Part shown: piece after piece, positions 25,901 to 37,826 of the stretch
How positions within the stretch are numbered: the stretch's first letter is position 1
Layout: every line of letters starts with the position of its first letter
From: Camelus ferus
Taxonomy: Eukaryota
Length of the DNA stretch: 64,000 nucleotides
Direction: 5' to 3'
NCBI RefSeq assembly: GCF_009834535.1
Contig: NC_045696.1
Coordinates: forward strand, 91,080,001 to 91,144,000
The notes under the pieces: model-generated
Seen by the model: the letters and a program-made list of their open reading frames with translations, nothing else
Database searches by the model: none
What the model was told of the DNA's origin: nothing
Translations under genes and position numbers: made by a program

Positions 25901-26758
25901 ATAAATTTTGTGTGGTTGTGCTTTCATTGTCATTTGTCTCAAGGTATTTTTTAATTTCAGCTTTGATTTCCACATTGACCCATTGGTTTTTTAATAACAT
26001 ATTGTTTAATCTCCATGCCTTCCTTTCATTCTCCTTTGTTTCTCTGTTGTTGATTTCTAGTTTCATGGCATTGTGGTAAGTAAAGATGCTTGAGATAATT
26101 TCTATCTTCTTAAAATTGCTGAGATTTCTTTTGTGCCCAAGTACATGATCGATCCTGGAAAATGTTCCATGTGCACTTGAAAAGAATGTGTATCCTATTT
26201 TTTGGGGTGTAATGCTCTGAAAATATCCACCAAATCTAATTTTTCTATTGTATTATTTAATTTCTATGTTGCCTTATTTATTTTCTGTCTGGAAGATCTG
26301 TCTAGTGATGTTAATGTGGTGTTAAAATCTCCAACTATGATTGTATTCTCATCAGTATCCTCCTTTATCTCTGTTAGTAATTGTTTTATGTACTTAGGTG
26401 CTCCTATATTGGGTGCATATATATTAACTAGTGTAATAATCTCATCTTGTATCACTCCTTTAATCATTATAAAATGTCCTTCTTTATCTTTCTTTATGGC
26501 CTTTGTTTTAAAGTCTATTTTGTCTGAAATCAGTACTGCAACACCTGCTTTTTTGGCTTTTCCATTTGCATGGAATATCCTTCTCAATCCTTTCACTCTT
26601 AATCAATGTGTGTCCTTCTCCCTAAAGTGGGTCTCTTATATGCAGCATATTGAAGGTTCTTGCTTTATTATCCAGTCTGCCACTCTATGTCTTTTGACTG
26701 GAGCATTTAGTCCATTAACATTTACAGTAATTAATGATAGATGTGTGTTTATTGCCAT
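22966..26758 (-). pseudogene. L1 ORF2p (APE endonuclease-RT-Cys domain) with stops and frameshifts
   Basis: ATG at 26758 (MAINTHLSLITVNVNGLN). NIYAPN and GDFN endonuclease motifs. QVGFIPG in RT. The YADD motif reads YAAM. CWRGC..HCWWEC in the Cys domain. 594-aa open C-terminal segment. Premature TAA near 26637. Confidence 0.95.
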
Positions 26759-27160
26759 TTTGAACTTATCTTTGCAGTTGAATTGGTATATCCTCTTTGT
26801 TCCTTTCTTCTTCCTTTTATGGTTTAGTAATATTCCTTTGTGTTATCATGGGTTTTATTTATTTTTTGTGACTCCCTTGTAAGTTTTTGGCTTGTGGTTA
26901 CCCTTTTTTGTAAGTCTATTAGCCCATTAGTATAACTGTTTTTATTAAACTGATAGTAGCATGATCTCAAACCCATCCTACCGTGAACAAAAAATTTAAA
27001 AAAGAAAAAAAAATTCTATGTTATCCTGCCTCCCTCTCCCACTCTCAGTGATTTGTATGTCTTCTTTTATAATATCGTGTTTAGTTTATTTGTAATTCAT
27101 GAGGTATCACCTTTCCAGTTGTGAGTTTCTCATTTCTGTAGCATCCTGTTACTTTTCTAT

Positions 27161-28059
27161 TTAGAGTAGACGTTTCAGTATTTCTTTTAGCATGAGTTTA
27201 GTGTTGCTAAACTCTTGTAGCTTTTTCTTGTTTGTGAAATTCTTTATCTCTCCTTCTATCCTAAAGGATAGCCTTGCTGGATAAAGTATCCTAGGCTGCA
27301 TCTTTTTTTCATTCAGGACTTTGAATATATCTTGCCACTCCCTTCTGGCCTGTAGTGTTTGTGTAGAAATCAGCTGAGAGCCTTTTGGGGGTTCCCTTGT
27401 CACTGACTCTTTGTTTTTCTCTTGCTACCTTTAGGATCATTTCTTTATCTTCGACTCTGGCCATCTTGATTATGATTTAAGTCTTGGTGTGGGTCTATTT
27501 GGGTTCTTCCTGTTTGGGACCCTCTGAGCTTCCTGTACTTGGATATCTGACTGCCTTCTTTAAGTTCGGGAAGTTTTCAGTCATGATTTCTTCAAAAACC
27601 TTTTCAATCCCCTTTGATCTTTCTTCCCCTTCTGGGACCCCTATTATGTGAAGATTGGCATGCTTGCTTTATATTATCCCATAGGTCCCTTATGCTATTT
27701 TCACTTGTTTTTATTTGTTTATCTTGTAGCTCTTCTGACTGGGTGCTTTCTATTGTCCTGTCTTCTAGGTCACTAATTCGTTCCTCTGCATTATCTAGTT
27801 GGCTTTGCACAGCCTTTAGATCATTCCTCATCTCAGCCAATGAGTTTACCAATTCTACTTGGTTCTTCTTTACAGCTTCAATTGCATTTTTGACATATTT
27901 TATATCTCTAAACACTCTCTCTTTTAGTTCCTTCAGTACTTTGATCACTTCTGTTTTGAAATCTTGATCTAGTAGGCTATCGATGTTTACTTCATTGATC
28001 ATTCTTTCAGGAGATTTCTCTTGTTCTTTTAATTGGGAATGATTTCTCTGCTTCTTCAT
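27161..28059 (-). pseudogene. L1 ORF1p, frameshifted
   Basis: ORFs 27604-28059 and 27161-27403 (ARREWQDIF..YPARLSF). Confidence 0.9.
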
Positions 28060-29669
28060 CTTGCTCCTACCTCTCTGGCACTGTGGTTTATGGAGTATCA
28101 GTTATCTATTGTGGTCCTTGAGGAGTTTATCTATCTAATGCCTATGTAGGAATAAAACTTAGAAAAGAAAAAAAGAGAGAGAGAGAAAGAATTTTAAAAG
28201 AAGGGAGAAAAAAAGGTTTGAAAACAGTGTATAATGAATAATAGAAGAGCAAGTTGAAGCAGAAGTTTTAAAAAATAATAATAAAAATATTTTTAAAAGA
28301 TTTTAAAGGGATTAAAACTGGGGGTATATATAATTGTTTAAGAAGTAAAAATTAAAAGGGTAATAGAAAATAGAACAGATAAATAAAATAAAATAAAACA
28401 GATTTAAAAAAAAAAGGGGAGGGGTCGGTGTTCTCCTGGAGACTGTGCTTTTAATGTGAAATCTTTCTGTCTTCGTCCTGTTTTTGAAGCTCACCTTGCT
28501 GTTTCCAGAGGCCCTCCGTTGGCGCCCGTCGTCTGTGCTGCTCTCAGTGTCAGTTGGCAAGCAGATCGCACCTCCTCCCAACACTGGGTCAGGTGCAGCT
28601 CTTCTTTGCTGTGGGCGGGCGGGTCACTGCCCCTCCCGATGCCTGCAGTCAGATGTTGCAGACTGGCCAGGTAGGAGGGCGGGTCATGCCCCCTCCCAGC
28701 ACTGTGGTCAGGGTCTGTGTTCCTGCCCAAAAGGCAGGGGTCCACCCGCCCTCTCCCGGCACCGGTTGCTCCGCTGCATGCTCCGCCTCAGCTCGGTGCT
28801 CCGCAGGCGGGCTCCGGGAAGACAGAGGAGCAGCCTTGTCCCTGCTCCGGGCCAGAACCCAGCTCCTTGTTTGTCTTGGCAGAGCAAGTTCTCTGAGGGA
28901 CCAGGACAGAAGGATCCTATCTGCCTCGGGCTGTAGACAAGTCTCTGTCCGGCTCTTGAGGCTGCTAAGTCCTTAGGTGGGGATACAGTTTTCGCCCCCG
29001 CCCCCGCCTGGGTGCTAAGTGCCAGAGGATATGGCGGCTGTGCCTGAGCCCCGCCTCTCTTCACCCGAAAACTTTCCGCGGGTTTTCAGAGATGGGGGTG
29101 TGCACCCTTCCCCCCAGGGCACATCAGCTGTGTTGTTTTATGGAGGGCCCAGGTTGTTCTGCCCTGTGCACCCACAGTCACGGCGCCGCAGCCCCCTGCA
29201 GTCTCCTGGGGCTGCCTCAGTGCAGCCGCCCCTGTCCTCCGCCCGGCTTGGGCAGCCTGGCCAGCCTGGCCCTGCCCCCAGCTGCTGGGCTGCATCTTGG
29301 GCTGGGTGTCGCGGGGACCCTCTGTGCCTGTTTAACTTAGTTCTGTTGGTCAAGGGCTGCTCTGTACAGATCCAAGCCTCGGAGGCTGCCTCTCCGTCCT
29401 GCTGGCCTCTCGGTTGGAGAGGGGAGAGCCAGTGAGCGAGCATCAGTCCTCCTTTGCCTCTCTCTCCCCGTGGGACCCATCCCGCTCTGTTTTGCCTTTT
29501 CTTCTTTCTTTTTTCATTTTCCCCTACCAGATTTTTGGCGTCTCTATCTTTTGAAGAGGATGATGTTCTGTCAGAGTTCTGCAGGTGCCCTGGTTGGCTG
29601 AGTGGGTCTGTGGATGTGAGTCTTGGTGCATTTGTGGGAGAGGGTGAGCTACGAGTGTCCTTCTACTCT

Positions 29670-29678
29670 GCCATCTTG
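29670..29678 (-). promoter_or_regulatory. YY1-type motif CAAGATGGC at the L1 5' end (internal promoter)
   Basis: Plus strand gccatcttg, about 12 nt from the L1 5' end. This matches the known YY1 site position in mammalian L1. Confidence 0.7.
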
Positions 29679-30702
29679 GGCTCCTCCCCATTTACATCAT
29701 TTTTAAAGATTCCATATATAGGTGATATGATATTTATCTTTGTCTGACTTACTTCACGTTGTATGATAATGTCTAGGTCCATCCATGTTGCTGTAAATGG
29801 CATTATTTCATTCTTTTTTATGGCTGAGTAGTATTCCATTGTACATATACCATATCATCTTTATCCATTCATCTGCCCATGGACATTTAGGTTGCTTCCA
29901 TGTCTTGGCTATTGTATATAGTGCTGCTATGATCACTGGGGTGCATATATCTTTTTGAATCAGAGTTTTCTCCAGATATATGCCTAGGAGTGAGATTGCT
30001 GGATCATATGTTAAGTCTATTTTTGGTTTTTTTAAGGAACTTCCATGTTGTTCTCCATAGTGGCTGCACCAGTTTACATTCCCACCAACAGTATAGGAGG
30101 GTTCCCTTTTCTCCACACCCTCTCTAGAATTCATTATTTGTAGACTTTTTGATGATAGCCATTCTGACAGGTGGAAGGTGATAGTTAACTCATTTTAGTT
30201 TTGATTTGCATTTGTTTAATAATTAGTGATGTTGAACATCTTTTCATGTACTTATTGGCCATCTGTATGTCTTCTATGGAGAAATGTTTATTTAGGTCTT
30301 CTGCCCATTTTTAGATTTTTTTTTTTTTGATATTAAGATGTAAGAGCTGTTTGTATATTTTGGAAATTAATCCCTTATTGGTCACATCATTTGCAAGTAT
30401 TTTCTCCTATTCCATAGGTTTTGTTTTCATTTTGTTTATGGTTTCCTTTGCTGTGAAGAGAAACCTTTGAAGAATTTCTTTTCTGTCTAAATTAGAGTTG
30501 TTTCTGTTGCCACTAACAACCTGAGAAATACAACACATATTTTATTATGTTGTATTTTAATTTCCCTGCTGAGAAGCCATAAAGCTAGACATTTTTAATG
30601 CTCAATACTTAGCATAATTGTCCATCATACAGAGAAGATATTGGGAAACATTGCAGACTTGATCGTGGTGCTTAAGATAACACATCTGTGACTTATAATC
30701 TT

Positions 30703-30784
30703 TTTTTTTTTCTTTTTCTTTTTTAATTGAAGTACAGTCAGTTACAATATGTCAATCTCTGGTGTACAGCACAATGTCCCAGTC
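30703..30784 (-). mobile_element. Ultra-short (~80 bp) L1 3'-end insertion with 14-bp TSD
   Basis: tgacttataatctt at 30689-30702 and 30785-30798 flanks poly(T) + 'aattgaagtacagtcagttacaat'. Confidence 0.9.
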
Positions 30785-30969
30785 TGACTTATAATCTTGA
30801 CATTGTCTTTTACTCATGTTGTGCACAAACTCCACATTTCCACTTTGAACAATATCAGGCAGGAATGAAAAATTACATTCACTTGCAAGAAAAAGATACA
30901 CACTTACCAATCAGCAAAAGGCAGAACCAGTTAAGGGCAAGAAAAAAGTGCTTCAAGGTCTTTCCAAAC

Positions 30970-31140
30970 CAAGGTCCTCAACACTCGATGCCCGTTAGAA
31001 TCCCCTGGGGTAGCTTCAAAAAGTCCTCATGCCCAGGGCCCACCCCCAGATCAGTGAGAGTTCCTGGTGTGGGGGCCCAGGCATCAGTATTTTAAAGTTC
31101 CCCAATGATCATACTATGCAGCGAGGATTGTGATCCTCTG
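30970..31140. mobile_element. MER5A-like DNA transposon
   Basis: 'ttagaatcccctgggg...gggcccaggcatcagtattttaaagttcccc..tgatc..tatgcagc'. Confidence 0.7.
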
Positions 31141-31495
31141 AAGAGGACCTTTTCCTTTGCTCTGAGCTCTGGGTGTGGTTTCAGTATCATGTGTACAGAG
31201 AGAGACTCTCGACTTGTCTGTAACATACATTCCTTGAAATAGCACCGACCTTTTTGACTTCCATATCATATTGCCCCGATATCAGATTCTGTGAAATTGG
31301 GCACTACTTCTGACATGTCTCCTTTTACCTTCGCTGCTTTCTAGGTTTCTCTGGTCCCCTGAATGGCTTGCTGTGGGTGCTTATCTGCATATAATAAAAT
31401 TAATTTTTCAAACTATATTCCATGCAGTCATTTTCCATATACATTTGTCTACTCTTCCATTTCAAATTTTTGTCTTTAAGCAATTTAGATAATTG

Positions 31496-31500
<5 letters not shown>

Positions 31501-31528
<28 letters not shown>
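31501..31528. repeat. (TG)14 microsatellite
   Basis: Direct reading. Confidence 0.98.
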
Positions 31529-31532
<4 letters not shown>

Positions 31533-32754
31533 AAAGCACAAGAGAATATATTGTATTTAATTTTAGACATCAATTCATTCTGTGTGCTAATAGGGCAATC
31601 TTTAAAATGTGTCAGTCTCTACCTTTTACAGTGATTGGTTTTAGTTGGTTTTCCACTTCAGAGTTTGGATTTGGATTAAAAATTAAATATGCTTTAACTC
31701 TTCTCATTATACCACTTTGCATATATCCAATTAAATTTTACTAATTAGTTTTCTACCATCATTAATGTTTAAATGTTGTGTGTTCAGGCAAAGTCACTAT
31801 TCACTTCCAAATATTCTTATTGCCAATTATCTTACATTCAGATTTTATTTCAGTATGGAAGTCTTTCAATATATATATGAATGATACTGGATTGTCTCTG
31901 TTATGACTAGTGTAGCTTGAAGTTTTAAAGATATGTTTATAACATTTATCATTCAGTTAAAAATGTTACACGGATAAAGATAATGTATCATAATCCTTAA
32001 GTGAGGAAAAATGAAAATCTTTTCATACCCACCATTTAACAAAAATCAGAAATTCTGACTTAAATGACTCCTTTTCTCTGTATCCATACATAACACTATA
32101 AGTTCAAGAGAAATTTTATTCTTCACTTGTACTAGAGTGTCACAAAATCCACGTAAAATTAATTTTATTCTCGATATGAAGAACCCAAGGAGTCAAATTC
32201 TCTCTACAACATGGGATTCTCCTACATGAGATTGCTTTTCCCACTTTCTGCTTAGATGTTTCACTAACATTAACTAATTAACTACGCAACAGAGTTTAAT
32301 CATTTAAAAAATAATGATTTGGGCTCTTTAATAATAATTGAGATACCAGAAATGAAAATAGCTTATATTTTGCAGAAAAAAATGAGATCTAAGAGAATAC
32401 TTAGTTGATGTCTTTTTTCATAGAAAAATCTTTGTAAGTTTAGGTTTAGTTTTAGTCTCAATATACACATTTGTGGTAAATATACCCCGTTCTCTGAGTA
32501 ACTGATGGACAGTCAATGCACATTAAATTGTCTTGTGATCACTGAAGTTGCAATGAGATAATAAGTTTCTTAAGGATTCAGATGACATCTTCTCTTCTGC
32601 ATATCATCATCTGTAAAACAAGAGGGTAGGACATGATGATGGCTAACGTCTTGCCCATCTACACAATTTGAATTCTTGGCTTTGTCCTCTAAAGCCTGGA
32701 GCAAAATTAAACTGTCAATGAATACTTACAAATACACGAATGAGAATGAGGTTT

Positions 32755-33002
32755 CTGTATTTCACTGATTCAAAGATGGACTTTTGTCCACGGTCATACC
32801 ACCCTGAACGCACCAGATCTCATGAAAGATGGACCTTTTGTTTCACTTTTATCATCTCTGAAATCAGGATGCATCTTATAATTGATGATGTGTCGGAGTT
32901 CAATAGGCACTGTGCTCCTTGTTGGTTTTTGCCCCCCTTTTAGTGGCACATACACAAATGGTGCATTTTACAATAAAGGGAGACTTAGATTCATTGAGAT
33001 AG
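32755..33002. mobile_element. MER96-like DNA transposon relic
   Basis: TIR-like ends ctgtatttcactgattc / ttagattcattgagatag. Internal 'catctctgaaatcaggatgcatctta'. Family name is from memory. Confidence 0.55.
32786..32823 (+). pseudogene. 5S rRNA 5' fragment (retroposed, 3'-truncated)
   Basis: gtccacggtcataccaccctgaacgcaccagatctcat vs 5S GTCTACGGCCATACCACCCTGAACGCGCCCGATCTCGT. Flanked by aaagatggactttt / aaagatggacctttt. Confidence 0.9.
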
Positions 33003-36000
33003 ATAGGGAACTTATGGCCACTTCTTTCTAAGAGGAATTTGAAGCAGTTTATCAAAGTACATAGGATAAGGTAAAATAAATAGATATAATATGAAAAAGT
33101 AAAATGAAACCAAGGAAAGGTGAATTAAAAAATAAAACAAACATATTACAAGATCTTGTCAGTTTGCAGCTGTGGGCTCCAATTTTGGCTCTGTTTTTCT
33201 TGCTGTCTGAGGCAAAATAAGAAAAAAGAATGATACTTTCTTCCTAGCAAAAGCTTAACGTGCAGGTCTGTGTAAAATTCTTTAATATGCAATAAATATG
33301 CTCTATACAAAACAGTTTCCTATATCAAGTATTTTTCCAGAACTCAGCAACTTCCTTTTACCCTTTGCTATGCCTTGGCAACATTTTTCTTTCCTTTATA
33401 AATTTCTTACCCTGACTCTACTATGTCTCATTTGTCACTTCCTATTAATTTTAACTTAAAAAACAGTGTTTTTCAGTGATGAACTAGTAATTGGAATTGC
33501 ATGTGCTACAAGAGCAAACAAATCCATGACTTTATGGTTTTTTCTCAGCCTCAAATTGATAAGATTAGGATGATGCTATTTTAGGACTAGAACTCAAACA
33601 AATGGTTAATGTTTAGAAATGCCTTGACGTGTTGCATTTGTTGTAGAGATTATCATAGCAGTAAGTCTATTTAGAATTTGTGGTTATTTCAGTTTTTTTC
33701 CCCCTCCCGTCACAGAACAGACTATATTGATATATATGCTTAGATTCTGGTGTTTATCAATGCCTTGACAGTGTCTATTAATGGGCTGTGGAGAAAAATG
33801 TCCATCTGGAGAAAAGTGACAATATCATGCGCTGGATTGTGAGGCTCAGTTTTATGATGGACTAACTGGGCTGTTGCACTGCGGCCTCAGTGAAGCAGTT
33901 CTTTTTTTGCTTAGTTAAAAAATAAAATTTCAGTTTTCCATGTTAAGACTAATAGAATTATGGACTAATTTTATTATTTTGCTCACTTGATTTTTATTTG
34001 CATTGAAATATATATTTAAAACATTAAGTAATTTAAAATATTTATATACAGCTTATCAGCATCTTTATTCAACTTGTTGATGAAATTTTTCCTGATTATA
34101 ATTGTATCAGATTAAACATTTGACATATTTAAATACACTCAATGGTTTTTTGTGATTATGCTAGTTACACATCATGTATAAGTTAAAGCTTCTTGCAACG
34201 TTTTACAGAATGCATTGGATGTTGGTCATACTCGGTAGTATTTAATAAAATCCCGGTATAATTTTTTTAAAGATTATTAAAACATTTAAAAATAATTTAC
34301 TCCTATTTCTACAGGGCTTGTTGTGTAGTCAGGATGCAATATGAATGTGGAAAACAGTTTAATTTGTCTCAGTAATAAAGAAATTAAAGATGTTTTCCTA
34401 TAGAACAATTAGTTCTTGAGACAGAAGCATGTGTCAGTTGAAGTACATCTGTGATACAACCTCTGCTCCTGCTGAACATAAGGTTATCTCTGAGTTGTTT
34501 TAGCTGAACATGAAATGGGATGTCCATGACAATTCAAGGCCAGCAGTCCATGTGATTCTATAATTACTTTTGCCACTTTGCTTTTGTGGAGTCATTCATT
34601 ATGAGGCTGGTCTTATCTTGTCATACCTCCATGTCATTAGCAATGTTTCAGTGTATTAGTGACCAAACGCAGGTTTAACGGTTGGCGATTAGAGTGCAGC
34701 TGCCAGCAGTGAGTGGGATCTGAAACTCTGTAATTGTTCAGTGAATTTCTGTTACATTGTAACAATAATATTGGAATCATGATAAATGGACTTTCCACTA
34801 ATGAGTAAGAAACATGAAAATGAAGGCTTCCATATATACAAAACAAAGCCAATAGGGTGGTTAACAAATTTTAAATCATTGATATTTTCAAAGTTAAATA
34901 AATTGACCATTTAATATTTCCCTGACTTATTGTAAAAATTGCAGTTCTGAATAAGTTTCAGCTTTCAAAGGGGAACAGAAATAAAAAAGGAACCTGAACC
35001 AAAACTCAACGCTACGATGTGATGAGTTGATGTGAAATACCCACCATTCTGAGCTCAGCTGTTTTGGCTCAGTGGTTCATTTGTGTGACCTTAGTGTTTT
35101 ACCCAGTGAAGGCTCCTTAGCTCCCCCTACCCACACTCTCCCCTCTGCCACTGCTTCCTCCCTTTTCTGCTGAACATTTACTTGTCAGTTAGTCTAACTT
35201 TCCCTGGTGAAGGTCAAAATGAAGGTGATGTATTGGGATAGGGTTGAATTTAAGTGATGTTCTCTTTTACAAAAAATATGGGAAGGTTCGTTTCCTTTAA
35301 AAACACAATTTGTCGTCTTCTGAATAACAATTACATTCTCAATCACATACAAATGATACCATTTATTTGGTAAGGGCTTTTAAAAACCCTTAGTTTAGGA
35401 TGCCTCCTCACCTAAATTAAGCATCTTCAGATTTGTTTGTTTTTAATGCTATGGATTGTTTTTGCTTTGTTTGTTGAACTGTAAAATATATAAGTAGGTA
35501 ATTTTATGGTAGCATATTTCCAAACTCTTAAAAGATTTATGAAAATGTGGGGCTTTTGGTTTCAAAATAAATTATAGGAGAAATAATCAAAATTTTAAAT
35601 TTAATCACAGGTCAAGAAAATAAACTTAAACATTCCATGGCAACATAAATTGCATGAGTATAAAATTTGGAATGTTAGACATGGAAATGTGAACTTTACT
35701 AACCAGCTTAAACAAGATGAACAAGCTGCCATTGCAATGAAAACCAATTCTTTGGTGTTTTAGGCTTTTTGTCTACATTGGCATGTATGAAATCAAATAT
35801 TTTCAGGTCACTGGTAAAAAATGGAAGCATTAAATTGTTGGGAAAGAATTGAGTTAGTTCAAATTGAGTCTTGATTAACTTGGAAAGATATGTTAACCCT
35901 TTTAATTCATCCCCAACTGAGAACTACATGTCTTACGGCATGACCAGGGATTTGGGAAGCATTTTAAATTGATTAAGCCATTCCACAACATTTAGGAGTA

Positions 36001-37665
36001 TATATCTGACCACAAAAAGTCAGTTGAGAATTAGATTTTATAAACTTTTTTTTTGGTAAGAGAAATAAAACACTTAAATCCTATGCAGAAGAGGTAGAAT
36101 CAAATAAGGAAAAGTATCTAAACCTTCTAACTAAAAATAATGGTTAGATTTTGTCTTTCTCTATCATGTCTCACAGATAACCATGAGGTTCATGTAAGAA
36201 TTTTGATGCTAATGTAAAAGGGAAAACAGTTGATTCAAACTAGTCTCCTGCTGAAAGCAGGTTGCCCTAGATAAAGGCCAAAATCTTGGGGATTTTTGTG
36301 CATGTAAAATTTCTTATAGAAAAAGCATGTATTGTATTAAATTAAATATATGTTATTTTGATCATTTTTTTACACTGGTGAATTTACTGAAAGGTTTATC
36401 ATTAAGTATAATAAATGCAATAAGTTTTACATCATTTTTCATAGAAGACATTTCAGAGAAAGTTGAGTCCAAATAGTGTAATAATAAATCAAAATGAAGA
36501 AAAATCACCAAATAAATCTTATATATAATCTAGATCCAGACTGATGTGTAAAAAGAAAATTGTAGAGACAGTGCAATTGGACCATGTAAATCATTTTTAA
36601 AGAATCAAGCTCACAGCTGGCTGTCTGGACTTGGGCCATACTTTATTATCTGAGAATGTTCTTTTCGGCTTTCATCAAATTTTGCAAATGTATTACAACA
36701 TCTCATCTGTCAGTCCTAATACTGAAAGGCCATCTAAGCCTTGAAATTACCCACATTCTGTCTTATAAGTAGTATCATGTGAGTGGGCCAAAGTCTCTGC
36801 CAGCAGGCCCCAAACCATGAATAAGTGAAAGAGCAGATCATTAATAAATAGTGGTTGATTCAGAGGGAGGGTCATGTGTATTGAGGGAAGGTAGTGCATG
36901 TAGGAGACCCAGCTCTATACATTATCCAGAAGTCTCTAGCTAGAAGTCTATTTTTATTGTTGAAAAATGCACAAGTCTTCCTTTCCACATTAGGGGACAA
37001 TTATGATTTTGTTGGGCTTTCACGCTTCTTTCAAATGGCTTAAGATCAGAATTTGTCTGTGGGGCTGTAGACGTGTTGTGGACAGAATGCAATAAAAGAC
37101 AAACAAACAGCTATCTGGAATAACTAAATTAGCCAAATTAAAAAAAAACAGTGATATACAGTAAATTAAAATGACTGAAAAAAGTAAAAAGATAAGGGGA
37201 AAATGTTTTTTAACAAATGTAATATTGAGAAAATTAAATAGAGGATTTTTTTGTTTCTTTATTTCAAAAAGGTTTATGAGATAGTCATACATGTATTACC
37301 AAGGACATGGAACAGTGAAAAAATAGATATTGAACTTTATTTATTTATTGTACCAAATTGGAAATTATAACTCAGGGATACAATTTTGTTTAAAAATGCC
37401 TCATGAACAGCAACAATCTTGAATTTATAACAGTTCTGAATTGTAGTCAAATGTTTGTAGTTAACTTTGAGTAGTTTTTCCAAACCAAACCACATTTAAC
37501 AAGTATGGATATCCCTATCATTGTTCTAATGTTGTAAATAATGTTCACATGGGAAGAGAACTTACTTCATAAAAGGAAAGTTATATAGATGAAGATAGTG
37601 CACCTGTTAGTTGAGATTAAATCTTACTTACCTCCTTGATTTAGAACACAGATTCAAGCTATACC

Positions 37666-37826
37666 AGCAGTTCTCAAGCTTTAGCATGTATAAGAATCAC
37701 CTGGAGGACTTAATAGACAAGACCCATCTTTGGAATTTCTGATTTAGAAGGTCCAGGGTTGGGATGAGAATTTGTATTTTTAACAAGCTCCCTGGTGTTG
37801 CTGATGATGCTGGTCTGGGGACCACT
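37666..37826. mobile_element. MER5A-like element inserted in the EBLL
   Basis: 'cagcagttctcaagctttagcatgtataagaatcacctggagg...gctggtctggggaccac'. Confidence 0.75.

Larger units (their letters stand above)
22655..29689 (-). mobile_element. Full-length (~7.0 kb) LINE-1, disabled
   Basis: Sense start GGGGAGGAGCCCAAGATGGC at 29689, then 5' UTR, ORF1, spacer, ORF2, 3' UTR. TSD atttgcatcattttttaa (22637-22654) / atttacatcatttttaaa (29690-29707). Confidence 0.95.
22329..30458 (-). mobile_element. Older 5'-truncated L1 (parts ~22329-22654 and ~29690-30458) interrupted by a full-length L1
   Basis: The 3' UTR stops at 22654 and resumes at 29690 ('agattccatatatagg'). ORF2 C-terminal ORF at 29808-30134. 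TSD agaaaccttt. Confidence 0.85.
21834..30530 (+). mobile_element. ERVL LTR41-like solo LTR split by L1 (LTR parts ~21834-22328 and ~30459-30530)
   Basis: 5' part 'ggaggccatttattattcttttttggctcctcag...gaattccccccttatgagtctt'. 3' part 'tttcttttctgtctaaattagagttgtttctgttgcc'. Duplication agaaaccttt at 22319 and 30459 flanks the inserted L1. Family name is from memory. Confidence 0.55.

Noticed and set aside
23468..26882. Long hydrophobic plus-strand ORFs
   Set aside because: Typical antisense ORFs of L1 ORF2.
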